The position numbers and the translations under genes were made by a program. Below the pieces are notes generated by a model. It made no database searches. It was given only the letters and a program-made list of their open reading frames with translations, and was not told the DNA's origin. Below, piece by piece: positions 9,306 through 18,327 of a DNA stretch of 64,000 bases (position 1 is the first letter of the stretch; every line of letters starts with the position of its first letter). The stretch lies in IMG/VR virus record IMGVR_UViG_3300047160_036266, positions 96,001 through 160,000 of that record. One strand, 5' to 3'. Source of the DNA: a virus (taxonomy: Duplodnaviria; Caudoviricetes).

Positions 9306-10364
9306 TTACGGTCGCCTCGCTGAAGCGACCCAGATGACCGAGTGTTTGGCGCGACTTGCCGCCGTGTACGCCCAGCGTTTATGGTCCCAGCGATCACACA
9401 CCTGCTCGTAGACCAGGATATTGTCCCACTCATCGCCCTGGCTCTTATGGCAGGTCACGCAGTAGGCGTAATCGAACGGATTGGGCGGCTCCCAGCCACC
9501 CTTTAATTCGGTCTTCTCCTTGCCGAACTGCTCCCGGTCGTACCGGATGTAGTAATAGATATGCCCGTCCGACTCGAAATCGAACATATCGGGCTTGTGC
9601 AGGGTCTTCACCACGCCCTGCATCCCGTTGAAGATGCCCAGGCGCTTGTTATTTTTCAAGCACATGACCCGCTCGCCCCGCTCGATGAGGGCCTTCTTGC
9701 CCAGGTGGTGGCGGATGCGCTCGTTGGTGTTGACCCGGAACTTATTGTAGGCGCAGATAATCTGGTCGGTGTTGGTCAGGTGTTCGTCCTGAATGTCACT
9801 TACCGTGCCGATCTGGACCTTCTGGCGTTCCGTGAAGGTCCAGGGCGAGCGGCCTTTGCGAAGGTGTTCGGCAAAGTGGGCGATCTCTCCAGCGTTGCGG
9901 TGGACCATCTCCAGTTTGTACATTGGGTCCATCATCAGGTTGAAGTCGCTGCCGACCGGCTCAAGCTGGCCGTGGTCGCCAACGTAGATAATGGGCAGCC
10001 CGAAGGACTGGAGATCGGTGTCCAGGTCTTTGCTAACCATCGAGCCTTCGTCAACGATGAAACCCTTCTTGGTGAAGTCATCCGGGTGGATAAGGTCGAA
10101 GTAGATGTGCCCGTCGTACTCGTAGGGCCGGTAGATGGTGCTATGGATCGTCTGCGCCCCGTGAATGCCCTTGCGCCGCAGGACGTTGGCTGCCTTGCCG
10201 GTGAAGGCACAAACGGCCCAATCAGAAAGCTTCTGGACCAGAACCGAGATGAGGGTCGTCTTGCCGGTGCCGGCGTAACCGCCTACCGTTTGGATTGCCT
10301 CGTTCTCCTTGTTCTGGAGAAGCTTCCTGATGATCGTCTTCTGTTCTTCGCTCAGGTCCGGCAT
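9306..10364 (-). CDS. SF1B helicase (Dda / RecD-like)
   Basis: GGYAGTGKTT, AFTGKAA, IVDEGSM, VGDHGQL, YAYCVTCHKSQG, YTAASRAK. Confidence 0.88.
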   Translation of the reverse strand: MPDLSEEQKTIIRKLLQNKENEAIQTVGGYAGTGKTTLISVLVQKLSDWAVCAFTGKAANVLRRKGIHGAQTIHSTIYRPYEYDGHIYFDLIHPDDFTKKGFIVDEGSMVSKDLDTDLQSFGLPIIYVGDHGQLEPVGSDFNLMMDPMYKLEMVHRNAGEIAHFAEHLRKGRSPWTFTERQKVQIGTVSDIQDEHLTNTDQIICAYNKFRVNTNERIRHHLGKKALIERGERVMCLKNNKRLGIFNGMQGVVKTLHKPDMFDFESDGHIYYYIRYDREQFGKEKTELKGGWEPPNPFDYAYCVTCHKSQGDEWDNILVYEQVCDRWDHKRWAYTAASRAKHSVIWVASARRP

Positions 10365-10553
10365 GTTTTTCTTTCTCTCGAAACTTCCAGCATTTCTTGC
10401 AGTAATCGTACTGCGGCCAGTTCGGTTCCCCCAGGCCCGCCCAATAGAAGGTGTCCCAGGCGTGGCCAAAGGTAAGGAAACAAACCACCCGCCGCCACAG
10501 CGGCGGGTGGGGAACGAACAGGGGAGGCCAACAATCCCTGGGCCAAAATTCCA

Positions 10554-10949
10554 CTATTTCACCTTCCTTGGCGATTCAAACGTGACCTGTACCCCGCTGC
10601 TGCATTGGCCCTTGGTCATTTTGTTCAGCAGCCGACCACGGAAGTCGATGGTCAGTTTGATGGTGTAGTCGTACTGGCTGTAGAACGTACCGTCCATTGT
10701 CTCCTTGGTATACAGCACGTCGTCTTTGAAGGTCCAGGTGCCGTAATACCTCGTCGTGCCGAGGGTACAGTAGAATTTACCACCCGGTTGGAGGACATAG
10801 ACCCCGGTGTGGCCCCCGTAGTTCCACTGGAATTCATGTCCGGTAAGGTGTTTGGCCTCGACCTTGGGAATCGGTTTGGGTATTGGGGCGGGAGCAGCCT
10901 GACACAGCCCGGTGACGTACAGGGCGATGCCTACCAATAACCACTTCAC
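10554..10949 (-). CDS. Secreted hypothetical protein (APAP-type signal)
   Basis: Hydrophobic signal then AAPAPIPKP. Confidence 0.6.
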   Translation of the reverse strand: MKWLLVGIALYVTGLCQAAPAPIPKPIPKVEAKHLTGHEFQWNYGGHTGVYVLQPGGKFYCTLGTTRYYGTWTFKDDVLYTKETMDGTFYSQYDYTIKLTIDFRGRLLNKMTKGQCSSGVQVTFESPRKVK

Positions 10950-10963
10950 GACTAACCTCCGTG

Positions 10964-11446
10964 TCAGATTTCGTCTCGGTATTTTTCTCCCACTTCACGC
11001 TTGATGTTTCCATCAGGGGTCTGCTTGAATGTTGTCACCCGCAAGGGCCGCTCACCCCTGGCCCACTGAAGTCCCTCCTGTAGACCACGGACGATCTTAT
11101 CGGCTACCGTCTGAGGCTCGCCCAGCTTTTCGCTGGCCTCCCACGCTTGTTCCAGACTGGAGCCGATCTTAGCAAATAAGTCCTCCGGCGAATAGCCGGG
11201 ATAGGCCGTGCCAGTAGCGTGATATTGCTCGGCCTTCCAGTGGCAGTTATCCTGGTCGTCGCCGGCGCAGAGTGTGATGCCGTTCTCCGGGACGTATCCG
11301 CCATTGGGCATGTCGTGGCGGTCTTCAATATGATGGGCGTCCAGTTTCTTGGTCTTGCAGCCGCACATGACGCACTGGTGGCGGTCCCGCTCGAAGCAGG
11401 TGGTGCGGAAGGCTTCACGAATCGCTTTCTTTTCCTGCTTGCTCAT
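10964..11446 (-). CDS. HNH endonuclease family protein
   Basis: RD..QCVMCG...LDAHHI...NGITLC...CH. Confidence 0.75.
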   Translation of the reverse strand: MSKQEKKAIREAFRTTCFERDRHQCVMCGCKTKKLDAHHIEDRHDMPNGGYVPENGITLCAGDDQDNCHWKAEQYHATGTAYPGYSPEDLFAKIGSSLEQAWEASEKLGEPQTVADKIVRGLQEGLQWARGERPLRVTTFKQTPDGNIKREVGEKYRDEI

Positions 11447-12164
11447 CGGGCTTCTCCTTGGTGCGTTTTTGCGCCGCCCAGCCCGGAAAGTCGCCGGGCT
11501 TGACGTGGTGACAGCCCTCCGTGGGTGGGTCAGCGAGCGTCAGCCCGCAGCTTGGCATGTGTTTGATCTCGCCGCCGCCGAACCAGATGCGATACCAGCC
11601 CGGCCAGTCGCCCTTGGCGACCACAACGCCCAGGGCGTCTCGGTTCCATACCCACTGGAGGAGTTCAAAATCCGGGTACTCCGGTTCCTTGATGACGACC
11701 TTGCGGCGCTTGCCGTCCTTGTCGTACATGCTCGGCCCGGCGTGGCCAGCAAAATTCAGGTCGGCAAAATAAGAACCGATCTCCTTCTCGTTTCGGATTT
11801 GTAGGAAGCTGCCCAAGGCAGCTTCCAGGTCGGCGGTGCGGTCCATGATCTTGCCGTTGTAGACGATCTCCCAGCCCTTGTCGCTGCCCGCCGCCCCGTA
11901 GGCGATCTCGCGCAGTTCCAGGCAGGAGTCGTGGTCCAGGCAGCCCTTCTCGGTGAAGGCGGGGCCGACGATGCGAATGACGAAATCACGTTGGCTCGCC
12001 AGCAGGGTGAGGATGGCGATTTGCAGCTTTTCCTCGTCGCCGGTGGACCAGTAGTAGCGGGCTATTTCCTTGTCGCCCTGCTTGTTGATGACCAGTTCGC
12101 CGGCACGCCAGGGGTGGCGGACGGTTTCGTAGGTTTTGCGCAGCGGCTCTCCTTGCGGTGTCAT
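11415..12164 (-). CDS. Hypothetical protein
   Basis: ORF coupled by ATGA overlap to the upstream gene. Confidence 0.55.
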   Translation of the reverse strand: MTPQGEPLRKTYETVRHPWRAGELVINKQGDKEIARYYWSTGDEEKLQIAILTLLASQRDFVIRIVGPAFTEKGCLDHDSCLELREIAYGAAGSDKGWEIVYNGKIMDRTADLEAALGSFLQIRNEKEIGSYFADLNFAGHAGPSMYDKDGKRRKVVIKEPEYPDFELLQWVWNRDALGVVVAKGDWPGWYRIWFGGGEIKHMPSCGLTLADPPTEGCHHVKPGDFPGWAAQKRTKEKPDEQAGKESDS

Positions 12165-12559
12165 TTGGATTCCTCCGGCCATTCAATCAGGTCTTTGGTG
12201 GCGTTCTTCAGGGTTTCGTAGTCGATAATTCCGTGGTAACTGAACTCATTCTCCCCGGCCAACTTGCAGAACTCTCGCAGGGTTTCGTCCGACTCCATCA
12301 TGCCTAGAACTGTGTCCAGGTTCATGCCGTTGTCGTGCATCTGCTGGTATTCTTCAACCGGCGCTGGCGGGTCATCCCGGAGTTGCTGGCCGAAGACAAC
12401 CTCCTCGTCCACCATGACCCGCAGATAGCCCCAGCGGTAACGGGCGTATATTTCCTTGCCGTCCGCTGTCTTGCCGTTCCACGAGGAAGGGCAGCCGAAG
12501 CAGGTCTGCTCTACTTCGGTAACTTTGATTTTCTCAAGCGTGTCTTTATATTCTTTCAT
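12161..12559 (-). CDS. Hypothetical protein
   Basis: ORF with TCFGCPSSWNG motif; ATGA overlap. Confidence 0.55.
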   Translation of the reverse strand: MKEYKDTLEKIKVTEVEQTCFGCPSSWNGKTADGKEIYARYRWGYLRVMVDEEVVFGQQLRDDPPAPVEEYQQMHDNGMNLDTVLGMMESDETLREFCKLAGENEFSYHGIIDYETLKNATKDLIEWPEESK

Positions 12560-12798
12560 GACCAGTATCTTTTCCATCGCTGCCACAGGGAGTGATATTT
12601 CTTCTGATGCTGCTGGTGGTCCTGCATCTCGGCCACGTCTGTAGTGTGGTAGCCGCAGTCCACGCAGGTGTACTCCTTCTCCAAGGTAGACCCGTCGATC
12701 ACCGTGCCGTCTTCGATGGGTTCACGGGAGTCGAACAGGAATTCCATCTTGGTGCGGGGCGGGATCGGACCAAGGTTGTGGATTTCAATTTCTGGCAC
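12556..12798 (-). CDS. Small C2H2-type zinc-finger protein
   Basis: YTCVDCGY...DHQQHQKKYH; GTG start with GGAGG RBS inferred. Confidence 0.45.
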   Translation of the reverse strand: MPEIEIHNLGPIPPRTKMEFLFDSREPIEDGTVIDGSTLEKEYTCVDCGYHTTDVAEMQDHQQHQKKYHSLWQRWKRYWS

Positions 12799-12800
12799 CG

Positions 12801-13361
12801 TCAACCCTCCCGACGAATACTCTCCCATTGAATATACTGCGGCGGAACCCGATCCGTCAACCAAACGCCGTTCTCCGACTGGAAGAACTTGTAGCCATCT
12901 CGGTGCATGTCTCCCGACCGGACCACCAGGATGATCGGCTTGCCCCGCCGGGAACCGACCTTGATGGCGGTGTCGGTATCGGGTGACAGGTGGACGTGGT
13001 GGCGATCCATCCGCAGCAAACCCTTGGTCTTAATTTCGGCCAGGAAACGATTTACCGTCCCATGATATAGTAGGGCCGGCGGCTCCTTCTCTTCAAGCTG
13101 GAGGTCAACGGGCGTTGAATGGCCCTGGTTGGCTCGGATGAGGGTCTGGGTTGAGTCCAGCGAAAAGCGCTTCTTGTCGTTGAGTTTGACGCACTCCTTG
13201 ATTTCTTCCAGGGTCACAGGGAAGTGCTTCTGGCGGGCACCTTCGATGACTGCGGCGATTGAAACCCACCCGCCGGGCATGAGGGTGAGGCCAAGTTCCT
13301 CCGGCTCGTGGCGAAGGTACTTGGCAAGGAATTTGCTAACACGGATGAGTTGAGGAGTCAT
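12801..13361 (-). CDS. kptA: RNA 2'-phosphotransferase (KptA/Tpt1)
   Basis: SKFLAKYLRHEP, NDKKRF, IRANQGHS, LYHGT, RHHVHLS, VWLTDRVPP. Confidence 0.93.
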   Translation of the reverse strand: MTPQLIRVSKFLAKYLRHEPEELGLTLMPGGWVSIAAVIEGARQKHFPVTLEEIKECVKLNDKKRFSLDSTQTLIRANQGHSTPVDLQLEEKEPPALLYHGTVNRFLAEIKTKGLLRMDRHHVHLSPDTDTAIKVGSRRGKPIILVVRSGDMHRDGYKFFQSENGVWLTDRVPPQYIQWESIRREG

Positions 13362-13954
13362 CTGGCAGTATTCTGTTTGAGGTAAGTGCGAAGGCCGTGC
13401 AGCAGGGCGTCCAATTCACCCCAGACCGGCCATTTGACACTGGTGATGAAGCTGGGGTCGTCAGCCGTCGTCTTGGCCCATTTGGACCAGTTTGGACCGC
13501 TGTACGAACCAATGTGACGGTCGTTGGCGTAGGCGTTTTTGGTCTGGTAATCCCGATCCAGACTCCCGGCACAGGTCCACAGTCCTCCCCACAACACGCC
13601 AATGGCCCTGGCCCAGAACTCTTCCTCATTCTCTTTGGCCTGCCTGACAACATTGCTGTCACCGAGGCACAGCCGAAGGTCGCCCGTGTAGACGTTCCAC
13701 AAGCTGGGGTAGCAAAGAGTTTGATCCTTCTGCGTCATGGAGGTATTGCGAAACGCCAGGTGGATGGTCAGGAGATGATTCGTGGTATAACAAAGCGAAT
13801 AAACCTGCCAGGGAAAGGCGAGACGGAAATGCTCGTCCTTGTAACGGGAGTTCTCACTGCCAATACGCACAACCTCCCTAATGAAGATGGTGCGACAGGT
13901 GGGAGGGCGCTCAATAACGGCGATTCCCTGCTCGTAATAACGAAGACCGTCCAC
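13358..13954 (-). CDS. Hypothetical protein, possible prokaryotic E2 family D-like
   Basis: LCYPSLWNVYTG...LCLG resembles Prok-E2_D core. Confidence 0.4.
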   Translation of the reverse strand: MDGLRYYEQGIAVIERPPTCRTIFIREVVRIGSENSRYKDEHFRLAFPWQVYSLCYTTNHLLTIHLAFRNTSMTQKDQTLCYPSLWNVYTGDLRLCLGDSNVVRQAKENEEEFWARAIGVLWGGLWTCAGSLDRDYQTKNAYANDRHIGSYSGPNWSKWAKTTADDPSFITSVKWPVWGELDALLHGLRTYLKQNTAR

Positions 13955-13957
13955 GTC

Positions 13958-14284
13958 TTATCTCCCGAACAGGGCGAGCAGCGATAGTCCGACAAACAAT
14001 AGGACAACTAGCACCCACCATAGGGCTTTCCAGTTTGGGACCGACTTCGGCACCCACATAACCACATGGGGCTTGTAGAGCCGTTGGGCTTGTTCGTTGT
14101 TGATCTGATCGAGGAACACCTTGCAGTTGCCGCAGTAGTGTTCCTGAATGTCGTCCCGGTTGTAGCTGGTCATGCCACACAGGTGGCAGGTGATCCCACC
14201 GTCCCGGACGGTGTACAGTTTGCCCTGGGCGACGTACTGCCTCGTCGCGTCATCGAGATGCCGTTGAACGATGCGCTTGTCCAT
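13958..14284 (-). CDS. Zn-ribbon protein with C-terminal membrane helix
   Basis: CHLCG...YCGNC; hydrophobic C-terminus. Confidence 0.55.
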   Translation of the reverse strand: MDKRIVQRHLDDATRQYVAQGKLYTVRDGGITCHLCGMTSYNRDDIQEHYCGNCKVFLDQINNEQAQRLYKPHVVMWVPKSVPNWKALWWVLVVLLFVGLSLLALFGR

Positions 14285-14285
14285 G

Positions 14286-15464
14286 TCAGCTTCCGTAATG
14301 CACCCGCTCCCCGAAAATATGCGGCACGAAGCGGCTCATATTTTGAGTGATGCGGCTGCCGTCCTCTCGGATGCCAATGCCGCAGGCCCAGCCGTTGACG
14401 ATCCAACTGCCGATGACCGGGAAGTGACCGTCAAAGTTGGGCAACTCCCAAAGCTCTTGATAAATCGCCGGGCCGGTGTACGGCCCTTCGGTTTCCTCCA
14501 CCTTGACCCCATGCTCGAACACGGCGATGTTGGCCCCCTCACGGGCCAGGATCGGCTTTTTCACATAATCGTTGATGCCGTGAATCTCCATGTCGGTGGC
14601 GTCGAAATATGCCGCCAACAGGTAGGTGTTGTTGGGATACAGTTCCCAGAGCGTTGGAAGCAAGGCTTTATTGCTGAGCAGCGACTTCCAGGGCGGCTCC
14701 CACCACTTGGTCCGGGCGCTGCGCAAGTAGGGACCGAACTGCTCGCGCATCAGCCATTCCCAAGGGTAGAGCTTGAAGATTTGTTTGATCTCCCGCTCCT
14801 GCAAGTCCGTGAAGATGCCGCTGGCATTGTTCCAGCCCACGTCGTCAATGTCCAGGTACTCTACTCCGGCGATGGGGCCAAACCCGGCCTGCACCGCCAC
14901 GTCCTTGAGATACTGGACGGTCATGTAGTCTTCCAGGTGGCCCTTGAGCGCCGCAAAATAAAAGCGCTCGTCACCGACCTCCTTATAGATGGTCTGGAAG
15001 ACTTCCATGAGGCGGTCGTGGATGCTGTTGAACTGGTCGCCCGCCGGGTGGACCGCCTTCAGCCAGTGCCACTGAATGACAGAGGCTTCCAGCAGGGCGG
15101 TCGGCGTGTCGGCGTTATACTCAAACAGCATGGGGTCTTTGCCGGGCTGGAAGCAGAAATCGAACCGCCCGTAAATACTGTGTTCGTCCTCCTCCCAGGA
15201 GCGGATGATATATTCCTCGTAGCCCGGCGGAATTTGAAAACGCTCAAAGAGGTTGTTGTCGATGACGTGCTGGACGACCGCCAGGCACATCTCGTTGAGG
15301 GCGTAGGTGGCCTTCTCGATCTGGTCAATTTCCTGGCGGGTGAACTCGTAGTACGCCGACTCGTTCCAGTACGGCGTACCGTCTTCGGACGTGTGAAAAT
15401 ACAAGCCCTGCTCTTCGACAATCTTTTGCCAGTTCTCACGAGGCTGTATTTCCACCCGTTTCAT
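14286..15464 (-). CDS. Glutathionylspermidine synthase family ATP-grasp protein (YgiC/YjfC-like)
   Basis: YWNESAYY, YGRFDF, EYNADTPTALLEAS, EPPWK.LLSNKALL, KKPILAREGANI, GIGIRED...IT..MSRFVPH. Confidence 0.92.
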   Translation of the reverse strand: MKRVEIQPRENWQKIVEEQGLYFHTSEDGTPYWNESAYYEFTRQEIDQIEKATYALNEMCLAVVQHVIDNNLFERFQIPPGYEEYIIRSWEEDEHSIYGRFDFCFQPGKDPMLFEYNADTPTALLEASVIQWHWLKAVHPAGDQFNSIHDRLMEVFQTIYKEVGDERFYFAALKGHLEDYMTVQYLKDVAVQAGFGPIAGVEYLDIDDVGWNNASGIFTDLQEREIKQIFKLYPWEWLMREQFGPYLRSARTKWWEPPWKSLLSNKALLPTLWELYPNNTYLLAAYFDATDMEIHGINDYVKKPILAREGANIAVFEHGVKVEETEGPYTGPAIYQELWELPNFDGHFPVIGSWIVNGWACGIGIREDGSRITQNMSRFVPHIFGERVHYGS

Positions 15465-15793
15465 TGCTTATACCTCTTCTCAACTCGGTCCACGATGTCA
15501 AACATGGTTTGCTCGTCGTCCGAGTCGGTATAAAGGGTCTTGAGGCCCGCTGATATTTCCTGCTGGCTGACGTGGAAAGCGAGGATTGGCTTGGGCAGGT
15601 CCAATAAAGCTCCCAGGTCACGGACGGCGTTTCGATAAGAATGGCACTCGTCGTCCACCACCCCAATGCGCAGTTCCCCGTCTCGGAAGGAGAGTGGCAA
15701 AAGGTTATACACCGTCGCCAGCGTCTCCGGTATCAGACAAATCGCTTTCCGCTGCGTGTTATGCGGTTCCTTCCAGGTGTCGTAGTGCTGCAT
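15461..15793 (-). CDS. Stand-alone T2SS GspE/PilB N-terminal (T2SSE_N)-like domain
   Basis: LIPETLA..YNLLPL....ELRIGVVD...DL..LL...I......I...L..LY. Confidence 0.55.
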   Translation of the reverse strand: MQHYDTWKEPHNTQRKAICLIPETLATVYNLLPLSFRDGELRIGVVDDECHSYRNAVRDLGALLDLPKPILAFHVSQQEISAGLKTLYTDSDDEQTMFDIVDRVEKRYKQ

Positions 15794-15796
15794 GGT

Positions 15797-16273
15797 TCAC
15801 ACCATGTCGAGGCCACCGACAGCGCGATAAAACTCGCGCCAGTACAACCGCCCGGCAAAGTTGGACGTGCAAAGACTGACTCGCTTGACCAACTTGCTTC
15901 CAGGCAAGGGCCGCACGAACTCTCCGGCGAAGTGGTGCATCCCAGGGCAATGGTTGAAACAGTAGGTCACTTCCACCGGCCCCTCCACTTCCCAACCAAA
16001 GGCCAGAGGGTTATAGGCCGCAGACTCCCGATATTCTTCGGGAATATAGACGTAGTTGCCGGCGTAGTCGTTGGGCTTGGCCGTGCGAATGACTTTGCGG
16101 TGGACTCGACCTTCGTTGTAGGTGACGATGCGCCCGTCGCTGGTGACAAGCGATTCCCAGCCGGTTTCGCTTTCCTCGAAAGGCTGGGTGGCCGCACGGA
16201 TGGGTTTGGGGCGGGGCAGGAATATGGCTCCGAGGAGCGCCCCGCAGAGTTTTAGGAAGTTGCGTCGGATCAT
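15797..16273 (-). CDS. Hypothetical exported protein with twin-arginine-like signal
   Basis: MIRRNFLKLCGALLGAIFL. Confidence 0.55.
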   Translation of the reverse strand: MIRRNFLKLCGALLGAIFLPRPKPIRAATQPFEESETGWESLVTSDGRIVTYNEGRVHRKVIRTAKPNDYAGNYVYIPEEYRESAAYNPLAFGWEVEGPVEVTYCFNHCPGMHHFAGEFVRPLPGSKLVKRVSLCTSNFAGRLYWREFYRAVGGLDMV

Positions 16274-16277
16274 GGTC

Positions 16278-16589
16278 TTAGCCCCCGGCAGCCGCATGGC
16301 CCATGCCACCGAAGCCGCCACGAACGGAGATGGAGGGGGCTTTAGCGCCGCCCCCGGAAGCTATGCCGTGGCCGCTGAACACGGCGGTGCCGCCAGCGTG
16401 AGGGAAAATGACGGTCCCTTCCGTAGACGGTATTGGGACGGCGTGAGGATAAATCAAGTAACCGCCGCCCCTGGCAGGCCGATCTCGTTCGTCCTCAGTC
16501 GGGTGATGGGTGCTGCACCCAGCCAGAATGAGAGACGACGAGATCAGCCACAGGTTGATTTTCTTCGAGAGCCTGCTATTGAACCACAT
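16278..16589 (-). CDS. Small lipoprotein, YgiB/DUF1190-like
   Basis: Lipobox LAGC; Gly-rich C-terminus with VRGGFG; adjacent to GSP-synthase homolog. Confidence 0.6.
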   Translation of the reverse strand: MWFNSRLSKKINLWLISSSLILAGCSTHHPTEDERDRPARGGGYLIYPHAVPIPSTEGTVIFPHAGGTAVFSGHGIASGGGAKAPSISVRGGFGGMGHAAAGG

Positions 16590-16826
16590 TTAGCGGACCA
16601 CTTGGCCGACGAGGTACGCGATCCCCAGCAGGATCGACCCGATGACGATGGCCACGGCGATGTTCTTGTGTTCAGACAGTTCGCGCTGGAAGTGGACTTG
16701 TGGAAACAGCCAGTCGAACAGCTTGAACCCCGCCAGCATCAAGCAGATGCCGATGGCTCCGAAGATCAACGAACCGAGGACACCCTCACCGATTTTTTCG
16801 AGGGACAGTTCGGCTAACAGGACCAT
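16590..16826 (-). CDS. DUF350 membrane protein (YjfL-like)
   Basis: Two TM helices, FKLFDWLFP...EL..KNIAVAIVIGSILLG. Confidence 0.75.
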   Translation of the reverse strand: MVLLAELSLEKIGEGVLGSLIFGAIGICLMLAGFKLFDWLFPQVHFQRELSEHKNIAVAIVIGSILLGIAYLVGQVVR

Positions 16827-16866
16827 TTTTGGCACTCCTTTGTTTTTGGGGCGAGTACGCCGGGAA

Positions 16867-18150
16867 TTATACCGGCTTCCTGTCGGGCTGTAAAGCGATT
16901 CCGGGCGCGAAGCAGCGCAGCATGGGTAGCAGGGCTTCGACCGTCTGGGCGGAAGGTTTCTGCCCCTTATTCTTGTTGTAAAACTCCATGAGGGTCGAGA
17001 CAACCTTGTTGACCTTCCAACTACGCATGTAGTGATGGAGATTGGCGTGCAGGTCGGTGAGGTCGATGTCGTCTTGTCCCGGTTCGGCCAGCCAGCGGCG
17101 CAGTCGGCCCAGGAACCGGCGGATACCCGTAATGGCCTTATCATCCCAATCGCCGCCGTCCTGGTATGGCCCCAGGAACATGAGGTAGAGGCGCAGTTCA
17201 TCCGGGTCGTAGGCGTCCGGGTTGACGGCGTTGCCCTTGCTCTTCCCCATCTTGGCCCCGCCCGCCGTAATCATACCCTGGTGGATCACCTGTTTGAACG
17301 GTTCCTCCTCTTGCACGATCCCCTGGTCGTAGAGGAACATATTGATGAAGCGGGCGTAAATCAGGTGCATACAGGCGTGTTCCGGCCCGCCTACATACAG
17401 GTCCACTTGCTGATATTTCTCCGGGTGCAGGAACGTGTCCGAATCGTTTTCAAGATACCGGAGGAAATAAAAGCTGGAATCCACGAAGGTGTCCAGCGTG
17501 TCGGTTTCGCCCTCGACGGGGATCGGACAGCCCCAGCGGCGCTGGCGGGAAACGCACCAGTCGTGCAGGTTCTCCAGCCAGGCCCGCTGCTGGTTGAGGG
17601 TGCCGATGGGGTAGTCGATCTTGTCCAGGTTGGCGATCAGGCGGTCCTTGTAAGCCGTGGTGCGGAAGAACCACTGGTTGAGCGACCGCTGTTCAATCTT
17701 GGCCTGGCAGCGCTCGCAAAAGCCGCCGCCACACTGCTCTTTGGCCAGTACGGTGTCGCAGGACGGGCAGTAGTTGACGGGACCGAAGGCTTTGTAGGCC
17801 AGGCCGTTCTCGCGCAGCAGGGTAAAGAGCCATTGCGTCCATTTGATGTAGGATGGGTCGCACGTCACCAGTTTTTCCTGGTACACCGTGTTCATGTGTC
17901 GCATCTGGCCCCGGAAGCGTTCGATGTTGGCCCAGGTAACGGTGGCCGGGTCGCCGCCGATGGAACGGGCGTAGTTCTCGGCGGGCAGGCCGAAAGCGTC
18001 GTAGCCAAAGGGCTGGAAGACCTCGATGCCCAGGTAGCGCAGCCACCGGCAGTACGAGTCCACGATGGCGTAGTTGTAGTAGTGCCCCAGGTGCAGGCCG
18101 GCACCGGAGGGATACGGGAACATGACGCAGCAGTAGAATGGCTTGCTCAT
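16867..18150 (-). CDS. leuS: Miniature leucyl-tRNA synthetase, no CP1 editing domain, no C-terminal domain
   Basis: MFPYPSGAGLHLGH, GYDAFGLPAEN, WTQWLF, QWFF, DWCVSRQRRWGCPIP, DTLDTFVDSSFY, YVGGPEHACMHLIYARF, KMGKSKGN; 427 aa. Confidence 0.92.
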   Translation of the reverse strand: MSKPFYCCVMFPYPSGAGLHLGHYYNYAIVDSYCRWLRYLGIEVFQPFGYDAFGLPAENYARSIGGDPATVTWANIERFRGQMRHMNTVYQEKLVTCDPSYIKWTQWLFTLLRENGLAYKAFGPVNYCPSCDTVLAKEQCGGGFCERCQAKIEQRSLNQWFFRTTAYKDRLIANLDKIDYPIGTLNQQRAWLENLHDWCVSRQRRWGCPIPVEGETDTLDTFVDSSFYFLRYLENDSDTFLHPEKYQQVDLYVGGPEHACMHLIYARFINMFLYDQGIVQEEEPFKQVIHQGMITAGGAKMGKSKGNAVNPDAYDPDELRLYLMFLGPYQDGGDWDDKAITGIRRFLGRLRRWLAEPGQDDIDLTDLHANLHHYMRSWKVNKVVSTLMEFYNKNKGQKPSAQTVEALLPMLRCFAPGIALQPDRKPV

Positions 18151-18153
18151 GAC

Positions 18154-18327
18154 CTATGGTACTGTGGGATCGTCGGGTTGTTTAGTACGATTGGGCCACC
18201 ATGTCCGCATGTTGGCTTCTGCCGCCTCCTTGGGATAGCGCAGAAATAGGAAAATAAGAAACTCCCGGCGGACACCTTCCGGGAGTTGGTCGATCTTATC
18301 GAGAATGATCTTTTCGTCTTCGCTCAT
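18154..18327 (-). CDS. Small hypothetical protein
   Basis: 57-aa ORF MSEDEKIILDK..., ATGA overlap with upstream gene. Confidence 0.45.
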   Translation of the reverse strand: MSEDEKIILDKIDQLPEGVRREFLIFLFLRYPKEAAEANMRTWWPNRTKQPDDPTVP

